Source of the DNA: Octopus sinensis
Taxonomy: Eukaryota
DNA: 64,000 bases
Direction: 5' to 3'
Assembly (NCBI RefSeq): GCF_006345805.1
Contig: NC_043000.1
Location: forward strand, 114,514,001 to 114,578,000
How positions within the stretch are numbered: the first letter of the stretch is position 1; each line of letters starts with the position of its first letter. This document shows positions 28,047-40,764 of the stretch, piece after piece. The notes beneath the pieces are model-generated. The model saw nothing but the letters and a program-made list of their open reading frames with translations. It was not told the DNA's origin and made no database searches. The translations under genes and the position numbers were made by a program.

Positions 28047-28438
28047 CTAGCAGTATCGTCCGGCGTTGCTCGGGTTTGTTTCGACCCTTTAGAATTGGAA
28101 TTTTTGAAAAGTAAAACTTTTGCATTATGTAGCTTGTTATTCTCCTTAAGTGAACATTTTTATGGTTGAAATACACCGAAAAATGGCAACACAGCAGTCA
28201 AAGAATCGTAAAAAATAGGGATTTTCATAGAAAAAAAACACCTTTTTGATGTAAATAATTTTTGATGTTAACATGGTCCGATTTGAATTTTTTCTTCTAC
28301 GGAAGGAAGAACAAGCCTTGTTCTATCATACTTTCAATTTTAGCCAACTTGCGCCGCAGGGTCTCGGAGGATATAGTGTTAGTTGAAGGCTACCAAACCT
28401 GCCATACACAGACAACTACAGCTTTATATATAGAGAGA
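28047..28438 (-). mobile_element. Non-autonomous Helitron, second copy
   Basis: TC...hairpin-CTAG termini, A/T target; aligns end to end with 9523-9921. Confidence 0.9.
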
Positions 28439-28730
28439 TTATGAGCAAGCACAGACGCACTCTCTTACCTTAGCTTTTATATGTTACTGTTAAACCAGCT
28501 CAATGTTCCAGTAAACCAAATAACTGACGCTGGTATTCGTCCGGTCTTTTGTATTCGTGATCATAAAATGATGACAGTTTTACATTGAATTTGATAGAAA
28601 GACACAAATAGAAGGAAACAAACAAATGAAGAGTATAAGACTAAAAAAAATGCCCGTCACGTAGAATCGAGCGGGGCTTGACAGCATTAAGTTCCTCCGT
28701 AATTTTGAGCAAGCATAGACGCAGTCTTAC

Positions 28731-28923
28731 CTTAGCTTTCATATTTGCAATGATATCTTCCGTATATTTATCATAATTCTTTTTCTTCTGTTCTTCAATT
28801 CGCAGCTTTTCATTTTCCTTTTCCTGTGCCACCTTCTCAATTCTTTGGTTCTCATCATCACTTAGTTGCTTCATGTGATTACTGATTCGAAGACCGAGCA
28901 ACTCGAGGTATTTCTGACGCTGC
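28731..28923 (-). CDS. CFAP210: Internal coding exon of a host coiled-coil gene, CFAP210/CCDC173-like (next exon)
   Basis: Minus strand: tttgtcttttacag|G CAG CGT...GCT AAG|gtaagac. 193 nt, open frame QRQKYLELLGLRISNHMKQLSDDENQRIEKVAQEKENEKLRIEEQKKKNYDKYTEDIIANMKAK. Phase-compatible with exon 63210-63295. Confidence 0.75.
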
Positions 28924-29081
28924 CTGTAAAAGACAAATTAGACGCATAGGGTATTTTTTATGACACTATTTCTTGCTGACGACCAGGAACTTCTTGAATT
29001 CTGAACAGGCAAACTAAAGGGAGTCACCAAAAGGGTCACTCAACCATCTACAAATGAGTGCTGTATCTGCCTCAAATTGTA

Positions 29082-29315
29082 CTTATTTCTTTACTACCCA
29101 CAAGGGGCTAAACACAGAGGGGTCAAACAAGGACAGACAAACGCATTAAGTCGATTATATCGACCCCAGTGCGTAACTGGTACTTATTTAATGGACCCCG
29201 AAAGGATGAAAGGCAAAGTTGACCTCGGCGGAATTTGAACTCAGAACGTAGCCGCTGACGAAATACCGCTAAGCATTTCGCCCGGCGCGTTAACGTTTCT
29301 GCCAGCTCGCCGCCT
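29082..29315 (-). mobile_element. SINE family B, full monomer
   Basis: Head aaggcggcgagctggcagaa, B-box-like gagttcaaattcc, Meta-domain-like core, tail gccccttgtgggtagtaaagaaata. Confidence 0.9.
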
Positions 29316-29846
29316 TAATTCTACCTCAAATTGTACCGTCTTCAAAGACCTATACTCTGGTATGTGTAGATAATATAGTTATCGTAATCGAAACATAAAT
29401 CATACTGTTTCGAATCAAAATTTAATTACAAAGAAAGAGAAAACAGAAAAAGGAAGTGGTGGGGATTAAGCAGCAGCAGAAGGGGCAGGAAAAACGGCGT
29501 GCCATGTGGTCATGATGGTGATGGTGTTGCCGCGGAAAACGGCCAACGACACTCGCTGTAGCCGCCACTCCATTTCGCGGGGCTCATTTCATAGACGGGC
29601 CGCCGTTGTCCTGATTTTGTGGTAGAGATCGGTAGAGCGGGGTCTGAGAATCCCCGAGGACTAGACGGCGACCGACACAAACTGATAGCCGCCGACACGA
29701 GTACGCAACTGATACTTAATTTATCGACCCCGAAAGAATGAAAGGTACAATCGACCTCGGCGGAATTTGAACTTAGAACGTAACGACAGGCGAAATATCG
29801 CTAAGCATTTCGTCCAACGTGCTAAAGATTCTGCCACCCCGTCGCC

Positions 29847-29928
<82 letters not shown>

Positions 29929-29939
29929 TAATAATAATA

Positions 29940-30600
29940 GACAACGGCAGGAACTGATAAGTGCAGAATGTGTGGACAAAATGGTGAAACCGTATGGCAT
30001 ATTACCAGCCAATGTACGCCACTAGATCAGAAGGAATATAAGAGACGCCATGACAATATAGCCAGGCTTGTCCATTAGACACTTTGCAACAAGTATGGAC
30101 TTTACGGAGCAAAAAATTGGCACGACAATAAACCTGAGGACATCGTCGAAAATAAAAATGCAAAGATCCCATGGGATTCAGTGCGACCATGAAATAGAGA
30201 ATAGGAAGCCAGACATAGCCTTAATTGAAAAGGGAAACAAACTATGCTGGATCATAGATATAGCATGCCCAGCTGACAAGGTACGCGATAAGGAATGAAG
30301 AAAAGTCGAGAGATATGACAGGTTAGCTTGGGAAGTTAAGCAGTTGTGGTCGATGAAAAAGGTAGCAGTAGTATCAATAATTGTCGGTGCCCTGGGAACA
30401 GTGAACAAAAATCTCGAGAAATACGTGGAACAAATAGGGACTGCAATAAGAGTGGAGCACTTGCAGAAAACAGCACTGCTTGGAACAGCTCGAATACTCC
30501 GGAAGGTGCTCGAAAACTAAGAGGTGTTACCTTTGTTCACAGGTAGTGAACGGCTGACACCGCAGCTGTTCTCCGGCGTTAGAAGCTATGCAAAGGTAAT
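29940..30600 (+). mobile_element. R4/Dong-like LINE 3' fragment flanked by (AAT)n on both sides
   Basis: KCRMCGQNGETVWHITSQC, YKRRHD, RKPDIALIEK..IIDIACP and TALLGTARILRKVL. Confidence 0.9.
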
Positions 30601-30619
30601 AATAATAATAATAATAATA

Positions 30620-30671
<52 letters not shown>

Positions 30672-30672
<1 letters not shown>

Positions 30673-31236
30673 GCCCCGATGCAAACAGTGGCTCTCGTGG
30701 CTTCTGATCTTAACTGATTGGAAGTGTTATGTACATTGTTATGTCTTGGTATAAAAGATGGGCTACAGCAAATATTCTGCTCAATACCACAGATTTGCTT
30801 GTCAGTTGCTTGACCTTAACCAGTTGAGCATGTCACTTAGTGGCTGATGATATGTGCATCTATGATCACGAGCAGAAGTTCTGGAGGAACATCATGGCCA
30901 TGTATTGAGAGGGATTCTTTAGGGTTTGAATAATTAACTTCTGGAAACATGGGTGTTTCATTCAACATCCTTAAACAAAAGTTATTCAGGGACCTTTTGA
31001 GCGGGATGGGTTACGCGACCAGAAGAAAATTCTAACTGGGCCCCACCTGCAAGGTCATGCACTGTTTATCTTGATATAAGATCACCATGTCACGCACATA
31101 TGGTTGTGATGCATGTGCATGGTGTACTCTTTATCAGACGGATAGTCATGAGGAGTATACTGTATATTTTACCCCAGTGTCACTTTGATGGCATGCGCTC
31201 CTCTCTCACTCAATAATAATAATAATAATAATACTC

Positions 31237-31291
<55 letters not shown>

Positions 31292-32271
31292 CCCTGATGC
31301 AGTACCAGGCTGCCCTGATGCAGTACCAGACTGCCCTGATGCAGTACCAGGCTGCCCTGGTGCAGTACCAGGCTGCCCTGATGCAGTACCAGGCAGTGGC
31401 TCTCATGGCTTCTGATCTTAACTGATTGGAAGTGTTATCATGTACATTGTTTTGTCTTGGTATAAAAGATGGGCTACAGCAAATATTCTGCTCAATACCA
31501 CAGATTTGCTTGTCAGTTGTTTGACTTTAACCAGTTGAGCATGTCCCTTAGTGGCTGACGATATGTGCATCTCTGACCACGAGCAGAAGTAGTGGGGGAG
31601 CATCATAGCCATGTGTTGAGAGGGATTCTTTGGGGTTTGAATAGTTCACCTCTGGAAACATGGGTGGTTCTTTCAACATCCTTAAACAACCCTTATTCAG
31701 GGACCGTTTGAGCGGGATGGGCTACTCAACCTGAAGAAGAAAATTCTAACTGGGCCCCACCTGCAAGGTCATGTGCTGTTTATCTTGATATGAGATCACC
31801 ATGTCGCGCACATATGGTTGTGATGCATGTGCCTGGTGTACCTTTATCAGACGGGTAGTCATGATGGGTATATTGGGCTTCGTATATTTTACCCCAGTGT
31901 CACTTTGATGGCATGAACTGCTCTCTCACTCAATAATAATAATAATAATAATGTTTGTTTTTATGTTTTGTTTGTTCCTTCTCGAACCATGCCTGGCTCA
32001 TTAGGGCCAGACTCCCGGTTTCCTTGGCGTATAGGTTCCCCACCTGGACGGGACGCTGTCCGTCGCAGGTGAGCTACAAGATGCAGGAGGAAAGAGTGAG
32101 AGAAAGTTGTGGCGAAAGAGTCAGCAGAAGTTTCGCCATTACCTTCTGTCGCAGCCGCGTGGAGCTTAGGTGTTTCGCTCATAAACACACATATCGCCCG
32201 GTCTGAGATTCGAACCCGCGATCCCACGACGGCGAGGCCGCTGCTCTAACCACTATGCCATGTGCCTCCAC

Positions 32272-32302
<31 letters not shown>

Positions 32303-32890
32303 CAGTACCAGGCAGTGGTTCTCATGGCTAAATGCCCTGATGCAGTACCAGGCAGTGGTTCTCATGGCTTCTGATCTTAACTGATTGGAAGTGTTATCAT
32401 GTACATTGTTTTGTCTTGGTATAAAAGATGGGCTACAGCAAATATTCTGCTCAATACCACCGATTTGCTTGTCAGTTGTTTGACCTTAACCAGTTGAGCA
32501 TGTCCCTTAGTGGCTGACGATATGTGCATCTCTGATCACGAGCAGAAGTAGTGGGGGAGCATCATAGCCATGTGTTGAGAGGGATTCTTTGGGGTTTGAA
32601 TAATTCACCTCTGGAAACATGGGTGGTTCTTTCAACATCCTTAAACAACCCTTATTCAGGGACCTTTTGAGCGGGATGGGCTACTCAACCTGAAGAAAAT
32701 TCTAACTGGGCCCCACCTGCAAGGTCATGTGCTGTTTATCTTGATATGAGATCACCATGTCGCGCACATATGGTTGTGATGCATGTGCCTGGTGTACCTT
32801 TATCAGACGGGTAGTCATGATAGGTATATTGGGCTTCGTATATTTTACCCCAGTGTCACTTTGATGGCATGAACTGCTCTCTCACTCAAT
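30672..32890 (+). mobile_element. Tandem array of three ~550-bp family D elements (30672-31212, 31291-31932, 32332-32890) separated by (AAT)n
   Basis: Near-identical units from gccctgatgcagtaccaggc to ctctctcactc(AAT)n. Confidence 0.85.
31953..32272 (-). mobile_element. SINE family E inserted in the (AAT)n spacer of the D array
   Basis: Reverse complement of 35612-35922. Confidence 0.85.
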
Positions 32891-33342
32891 AATAATAATA
32901 ATAATAATAATACTTTCTACTATTGGCACAAGGCCTCGAATTTGGGAGGGAGGGGATAGTAGATTCCATCGATCCCAGTGCTATTTCCAACGCAGACTAT
33001 CGCTATCGTCTCCCAGGATTTTTCAAACAGAAGACTATGGCCGAGAAATCCTAAGAAATATTTTTGTAGTTTGAGGTCTGATACTGCGGCAAATCGGCAG
33101 AGTCTTTAAACACTGGATAAAAATTTTCACGATCTTCATTCCAACTCATTGCTATTTGAGTTCAAGTGACGCTGAAGTCAACCATTCCTTTCATCCGTCC
33201 TCAATAAAATCGGTTGTAGTTAGACCTTGAAAGGGAGATGTACCCCATCAGGTCTAAAAAGTACCTTAAAATACGCTGAGTTTCACACTCACGCCTCTCT
33301 TACTCCATCATCAAACTGAAAGCTAAGTAAATATTTTATAGA

Positions 33343-33616
33343 CTGTTGTGTCTGGGGAGAGTCATTCTCTTTTAGTGCCTTATTATTTAATACACTCACC
33401 GGTTAAAATTTCCACTTTTTTCTTATTTTTATTTTCCTAAAATTTTCGTTGCGTCTTGCAACCTTTTCAATAGTTTTGAGTCAAGACTATTGAAAAGGTT
33501 GCAAGACACAACGAAAATTTTAGGAAAATAAAAATAAGAAAAAAGTGGAAATTTTACCGGTGAGTGTATTAAATAATAAGGTACCAAAAGAGAATGACTC
33601 TCCCCCGACACAACAG
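33343..33616. repeat. Near-perfect palindrome P2 (~137-bp arms, centre 33480), one U3-A8 HHR motif per arm
   Basis: Arms are reverse complements; cua UUGAAAA g GUUGC aagac GCAAC GAAA au UU uag. Confidence 0.9.
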
Positions 33617-34569
33617 AATATGCTTCAACACACGAACTCATATAAAGAATCTTGCAAACCAAATCCAAAAACGAATGATTTTATAGACGTTTTTTTTTTA
33701 ATTTCAGAAAATCTTTAGTGTCATTTACCGATATTCCTTCCAGTGTAAATTTTTTTTGGAATACACGATAATATCCGACAATATGCCGGCAAAGTTGACT
33801 TTGTCTTTTATATTTGAGGTCGATATCAATTCTACCAAAGTGACTTTGTGCCTGTTTTCGAAACCATTAATATTTCACCGTTTCTTTCTTTCATTAAGAT
33901 AACTGCGGAGTATAATAACTGTAACTGTAACTAATTAAGTTTGAGAGTATAGAATAACCAAACATATAGGAGCAGATACAATACTGAGAGAGCGATTATC
34001 TTCCGTTTGGCATAATAATCTCATTTTAGAGTGTAAACTTTTTTATATTCATCTTTGATTATTGTATTGTTTAGGTTTTTAACCAGATATATATTTGTAA
34101 GTCTGTCACAGAATTAATTTTCTTATCTCTATTTATGCAACTGAATGTCACAAATTTTTAAATTATGTTTTCTCCCTGTAAAGAGGCATTAACATATATC
34201 ATGAAGTATATGTCGCGTGTATGCGACTGTTGTCCTGTTTATTATATACACAGATTGAGGTCATTCATATGCACGTAGTGGCTGTTTATCATTAATAAAT
34301 CAAACTAAACAGTCACCTATGGGAACCGCTTCGCATCTCGAGTTCGTCTCACAAAGATGCCACCGTTCAACGCTGTTTTAGGTTTTGTCGCTCAAACTAC
34401 TGCTGCAAAATCTGGAGGCGTTGAGGAGCTTCCTACATGAACTGGGATACAGGAAGGACCTATCTGCATATGTGGACAAAGTTTACATGATGGCATTAAT
34501 CAAAACGGAAATTGAAGTGATTGGTACCTTACTGAAAGAGTAGCTGCTGGTAATGAGGAGAACGCTTAC

Positions 34570-34965
34570 TATTTTCTACTCTAGGCGCAAGGCCCGAAAT
34601 TTTGGAGAAGGGGGCCAGTCGATTACATCAACCCCAGTATGCAACTTGTACTTAATTTATCGACCCCGAAAGGATGAAAGACAAAGTCGACCTCGGCGGA
34701 ATTTGAACTCAGAACGTAACTGCAGACGAAATACTTATTTCTTTACTACCCACAAGGGGCTAAACACAGAGGGCAAACAAGGACAGACAAACGGATTAAG
34801 TCGATTATATCGACCCCAGTGCGTAACTGGTACTTAATTTATCGACCCCGAAAGGATGAAAGGCAATGTCAACCTCGACGGAATTTGAACTCAGAACGTT
34901 GCGACAGACGAAATACCGCGAAGCATTTCACCCGGCGTGCTAACGATTCTGCCAGCTCGCCGCCT
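34570..34965 (-). mobile_element. SINE family B dimer with two different tails
   Basis: Full unit followed by a headless unit ending ...gccttgcgcctagagtagaaaat. Confidence 0.85.
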
Positions 34966-35159
34966 TCTGGAGAATACTTATTAAAGGAGACAAGTTAATG
35001 GACTTTCAATCCGACGCTTGATACACAAATCTATGCAGGAAGGCGGCTTCTGCCGCAGGGGCGTGGGCTCGGGGTTTGGTTCGGTCCTCACCATCAGTTG
35101 GATAACGATTAGAAAGAGGTCATGAGTAGGGGTGGCCAGTTTCACTAAAAAGTTCAACA

Positions 35160-35337
35160 TAGGCGTAGGAGTGGCTATGTGGTAAGTAGCTTGCTTTACG
35201 AACCACATGGTTTCGGGTTCAGTCCCACTGCGTGGCACCTTGGGAAAGTGTCTTCTACTTTAGCCTCGGACAGACCAAAGCCTTGTGAGTGGATATGGAA
35301 GACGGAAACTGAAAGAAGCCCGTTGTATATATATATA

Positions 35338-35401
<64 letters not shown>

Positions 35402-35955
35402 TATATATATATGAGTGTGTGTGTGTGTATACGTTTGTGTGTCTGTGTTTGTCCCCCCAACATCGCTTAACAACCGATGCTGGTGTGTTACGTCCCCGTA
35501 ACTTAGCGGTTCGGCATAAGAGACCGATAGAATAAGTACTAGGCTTACAAAGAATAAGTCCTGAGGTCGATTCGTTCGACTAAAGGCAGTGCTCCAGCTT
35601 GGCCACAGTCACAGTGGAGGCACATGGCCAAGTGGTTAGAGCAGCGGACTCGCGGTGGTGGGATCGCGAGTTCGAATCTCAGACCGGTCGATGTGTGTGT
35701 TTACGAGCGAAACACCTAATCTCTACGCGGCTCCGGCAGAAGGTAACGGCGAACTTCTGCTTACTCTTTCGCCACGACTTTCTCTCATTCTTTCCTCCTG
35801 CATCTTGCAGCTCACCTGTGACGGACCGGCGGCCCGTCCAGGTGGGGAACCTATACGCCAAGAAACCGGGAAACCGGCGCTAATGAGCCAGGCATGGCTC
35901 GAGAAGGAACAAACAAAATCAAACAGTCAAATGACTGAAACAAGTAAAAGAAAAC
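35160..35955 (+). mobile_element. SINE family A interrupted by SINE E
   Basis: A tail resumes after the insertion at acagtcaaatgactgaaac. Confidence 0.9.
35612..35922 (+). mobile_element. SINE family E with 7-bp TSD
   Basis: TSD acagtca at 35605-35611 and 35923-35929. Confidence 0.9.
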
Positions 35956-36424
35956 AAAAAGAGACAGAAAGAAGCAGCTGTTTCAGAAATGATAGACAAA
36001 AGTGACCAACGCATGTATTGCCTCAGTGTTGTATTACCTCCTGATCTCGTGCCTTATTCCAGTAAACATCACCTTTCCTTCTAGGAAGATAGAGTCTGTC
36101 GGTATTACTTATTTTGAAGACGGACTGCGTTATGCACCGAGAGCAGCTTTCTATCTTCTCCTTTCTAAATTCTGTTTCACCACCATTGTCCTTTTCAGAA
36201 AAAGAGCAGAGTAACTCAGTACTGTATTGCCCACGTACTTATGGCTTTAATGATGTGCCCCGTCCCATCTAATTTTGCTTCGAGTGCCTTCTTAACTCCC
36301 TTCTTGTACTCTTTAGTGACTTTTTCTCTCATTTCTCCTTCCATTAGCTTATTGTTTTACAGAACTGTTAGCTATTTGAATCCACCATTATTCCACTGCG
36401 ATTTTATTGTTGTTGTTGTTGTTA

Positions 36425-36569
36425 TTGAGTGAGAGAGCAGTGCATGCCATCAAAGTGACACTGGGGTAAAATATACGAAGCCCAGTATACCCATCATGAC
36501 TACTCGTCTGATAAGGGTACACTAGGCACATGCATCACAACCATATGTGCGCAGCATGGTGATCTCATA

Positions 36570-36602
<33 letters not shown>

Positions 36603-36630
36603 GCAGCAGCAGCAGCAGTAGTAGTAGTAA

Positions 36631-36667
<37 letters not shown>

Positions 36668-36691
36668 TTTAATAGTAGTAGTAGTAGTAGT

Positions 36692-36749
<58 letters not shown>

Positions 36750-36980
36750 ATTGTAGTAGTAAGGTGGCGATCTGATCCAATCGTTAGCACACTGGACAAA
36801 ATTCTTAGTGGCATTTCGTCGGTCTTTGCGTTCTGAGTTCAAATTCCGCCGAGGTTGACTTTGCCTTCCATCCTTTCGCGGTCGATACATTAAGTACCAG
36901 TGAAACACTAGGGTCGATGTAATTGATTAGTCCCCTCCCCCAAAATTTCAGGTCTTGTGCCTATAGAAGAAAGGATTATT
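36425..36980. mobile_element. Family D 3' fragment (-, 36425-36570) and SINE B with alternate tail (+, 36762-36980)
   Basis: Matches to other copies in the window. Confidence 0.8.
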
Positions 36981-36989
36981 ATTATTTTT

Positions 36990-38000
36990 ATTCAGTAGTC
37001 TTAGTTTTATCGCGTGTTTCCACTGCACAACCGAACACAGCTCTGCGTGCCTTGGACATGTGAAGCAGTTTGTTTTGGTATTGAAACTGTTTTACATAGG
37101 CTGTGTGCGGTGCCTAGCAGTGCTATTTTCTATATATTATACATATTCGTAAGCCCTTCCTATGCATTTTGTGCCGCATGTTTTTTAATCATACCTAACG
37201 CATCTATTATTATAGGGATTGTTTCTGTTTTAAGGCTCCACATTCGGGTAATCTCTATTTCCAGATCTTTGTATTTTGAGAGTTTCTCCGATGCTCATTA
37301 TTTTGGTTTGGCTCAAGTTCGGTCTTATTCCTGGTAGGATTTATGTGGGTAGCGGGTTACTACCTGTAACCTTAGGTATCCACAAGTTTTCATCAGTCTT
37401 TCAAGGGCTTAGAACCTTCCTGATAACCATTGTTGTCCCGAAGAGAGAAACTTTCCGTAGGGGCTCTACCGGGAATTCTGTTTCAATCTTCTTCAGCCTT
37501 TTGTATATATCTTGGCTTAATATTCCCAACGCGCCAATTATTACAGGCATGGCATTTACAGTTCTTATGCTCCAAATTCTTCCTATTTCTAATTTTAAGA
37601 TGTTGTATTTTTGTTTCGCTTTTTATCCACTTTCTTTACGATTCAAAAATCAAACGGGCATGATGGGTAGATCAGTAAGCAACTTCGCTTTTCCCTATCT
37701 ATAATTGCCATGTCTGGTCTTTTATTTTCCAACTTCTTTTCCGTTTGAATAGGGAAGTCCCACAAAATCCTACAAAATCTCTCCAACTCCATTACTCTTT
37801 CAACTCGATGATAATACCATGTGTTTCCAGTTTCAAATTCACATTTCTGCCACAGTTTCCAGTGTAAAACATTTACAACCCGGTCATGCCTCCATTTCTT
37901 ATATTTTTCCTGTGCCAACTTGAGACATTCTTCCACAATATGTGCTACTGTCTCGTTACAAGTTCCACAGGCTCTACCTTTTACCGACGCCTTCTCTCCA
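36990..38000 (-). mobile_element. R4/Dong-like LINE 3' fragments
   Basis: CGTCNETVAHIVEEC..RHDRV..LWDFPIQT..KRPDM and PVIIGALG..RKVL; a second tail IALLGTAH near 37100. Confidence 0.85.
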
Positions 38001-38041
38001 TATATATGTATGCATATATATACATATAAACATACGCACAC

Positions 38042-38086
<45 letters not shown>

Positions 38087-38122
38087 GTGCGTGTGTGTGT
38101 GTGTGTAATTATTATTATTATT

Positions 38123-38657
38123 AAGTGAGAGATCAGGACAGGCATGCCATCAAAGTGACACGGGTAAAATATATGAAGTCCAATATACCCATCATGACTA
38201 CCCGTCTGATAAGGGTACACCAGACACATGCATCACAACCATATGTGCGCGACATGGTGATCTCATATCAAGATAAACAGCGCATGACCTTGTAGGTGTG
38301 GCCCAGTTAGAATTTTCTTCTGGCTGAGTGGCCCATCCCACATCTGCGAATAAAGGTTTGATCAACACACCCATGTTTGCAGAGTTGAATTGTTCAAACC
38401 CCAAAGAATCCCTCTCAACACATGGCTATGATGCTCCCCCACTACTTCTGCTCATGATCAGAGATGCACATATCGTCAGCCACTAAGGGACTTGCTCAGC
38501 TGGTTAAGGTCAAACAACTGACTAGCAAATCTGTGGTATTGAGCAGAATATTTGCTGTAGCCCATCTTTTATACCAAGACAAAATACGTACATCATAACA
38601 CTTCCAATCAGTGAAGATCAAAAACCATGAGAGCCACTGCCTAGTACTGCATCAGGG

Positions 38658-38660
<3 letters not shown>
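38123..38660 (-). mobile_element. Family D element flanked by (ATT)n
   Basis: Reverse complement of the 31291-31932 unit. Confidence 0.85.
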
Positions 38661-38702
<42 letters not shown>

Positions 38703-39229
38703 GCGGTTCGGCAAAAGAGACCGACAGAATAAGTATTAGGCTTACAAAGAATAAGTCCTGGGGTCGAGTTGCTCGACTAAAGGCGGTGCTGAAGCTTGAC
38801 CGCAGTCAAATGACTGAAACAAATAAAAGAATAAAAGAACAAAAGAATGCGATAGAAAAATTGGAAAAAAGAAGTATTTAAAAATGGTTATCGTTTATGT
38901 TTGACATAAAATGTTTTGGCGTGTACTTGATATAACAGTTATAAGAATAGTGTAAAGTTTAAGCATAAAAAAAAAACAGATATAGGATTGTAAGTATAAG
39001 CAGATTCGACTGCGGTCCGTCGCATTAATTTACTCTAAAGTTCATATCTAACTTGCAAATATTCTTCATGATATGTGTGATATGTGTAATGCTAATCCGT
39101 ATTAGTTGCATTTCTTGGAGAGATGCCGATAAGATGTTTCTCACAGTCTTTTTTTTTTTTGTACCATACCCACGGCGGCCGCTATGATGGCTGACTTTGT
39201 TTTCGTTTTAAAGCGTTACATCTTTCCAA

Positions 39230-39297
<68 letters not shown>

Positions 39298-39479
39298 GTA
39301 TTTAATTTATTTTAAAAATTCTTTTATCAAAATAGTTTTATACTCAACTAATTTGTAGGTCTTATCTCTGTTGTTTCCTTGATGTTATATGTATTTTTTT
39401 TCGAATTATCCGACCTATGTTATCTGGAAGATCCCAAAGTACCGTTACCTTATCTCCTTCGATGACAGACTATGAATAC

Positions 39480-40200
39480 CGTTTCTAATGGTTTGCGACT
39501 TTGCATTTCGTAATGGTTGTATATCGACCAACATAAGTATTGGTCTACTCCATCATGGCGATTCTTACGCTCAATAAACGTCAATACCGGACTGTCCGAC
39601 AGTAGACAGTCAAGTGTTTCCTCAAATTTGACATGGAACCTGTATTTTGAAGCAGCACGTTTCTTTAATACAAGGGTTTCATATTTTCCGGCCAAGAAGC
39701 GCAGTCTTGTGTTGCTAATATAAGTTCTTTTGAATCTTCTTCTAGTCCTGAATTCCTCAGCCACTGATGAGTTGTTTTCTGCTCTACGTCAAAAATCTTT
39801 GCTTCGAACTACAAATTTCCCATTCATTGACTCTTGTTTTCATCGATATTGGTTTCGACCTTGCCTTTTTATCCCTTGTTTCATGCTTTAACATGTTTGA
39901 CAGCTGGTTCCTTAAGTTGATAACTTCCAGCAAAATTACATTGATTTCTGTGACCAAATTTTCTACATTTCTTGAAAACTGAATGGTGTTTGTGTTTTGT
40001 TAGTTCAGTGGTGTTGATCCAATTACAGTCTTTCATCTTCTGCGGTTTTAGGGAGTCTAAATAATCTTACCGTGGTGCTTTTGAATAACCAGTCAAGTTA
40101 TACCATCCCCTTACCACCCTACGCTACTGTATATACAGACGACCAACGTATGATTTGTACTGGTGCATTTTAATGTATGCTAGCATGTGAACCTCCTTCT
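39480..40200 (-). mobile_element. Old R4/Dong-like LINE fragment
   Basis: RLYI..GG.G, THQWLRNSGL..ELILATQD and a degenerate knuckle EETLDCLLS..P.L...KNRHDGV. Confidence 0.7.
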
Positions 40201-40732
40201 TATTCGCGATTTGGTGTTGCTGTTGGCGATGGTGAAAGGGGTAGTGTCGGTGGAGGTGATGTTGATGTTGGCGATTGTAACGATGCTGATGCTGATAGTT
40301 GTTGTTGTTAAGCAACAAGACGGGTAAGGGTGATTAGGTGATGGTCTAGGGCTTAGGGGCGGGAAACCCCAGACCATGGAAAAAAAACTTTGGTCGTCTT
40401 GTTGTAGTCGAGGGCTCTTCGTTGACGCCCGACACCACTGGGGGTTGGCCCTCGAAGTCGCTGGAAATGGAGATCTCCAGGTCCAAATTCTTGAACGGCT
40501 GTTGATGCTGATGGTAGCAGTGGTGACATTACTAGTGGGAATGATAAATATAGTAGTAGTTGTGGTGGTGGTGGTGGTGATATCGGTGAAACATCTGAGT
40601 CTTATTTGCAGCTCAAGTCTTTCATACGCAAGTTAAGTAAGTCTTGATATCCAGACCCTGACTCAACCTATCGCCACTACCTATATACAAATAAACAAAC
40701 ACGCCCTCACAAACACACACACACACATACCA

Positions 40733-40764
<32 letters not shown>

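Noticed and set aside
29500-29700. GC-rich island (similar one at 35030-35150)
   Set aside because: No recognisable motif, ORF or second copy in the window; cannot be classified.
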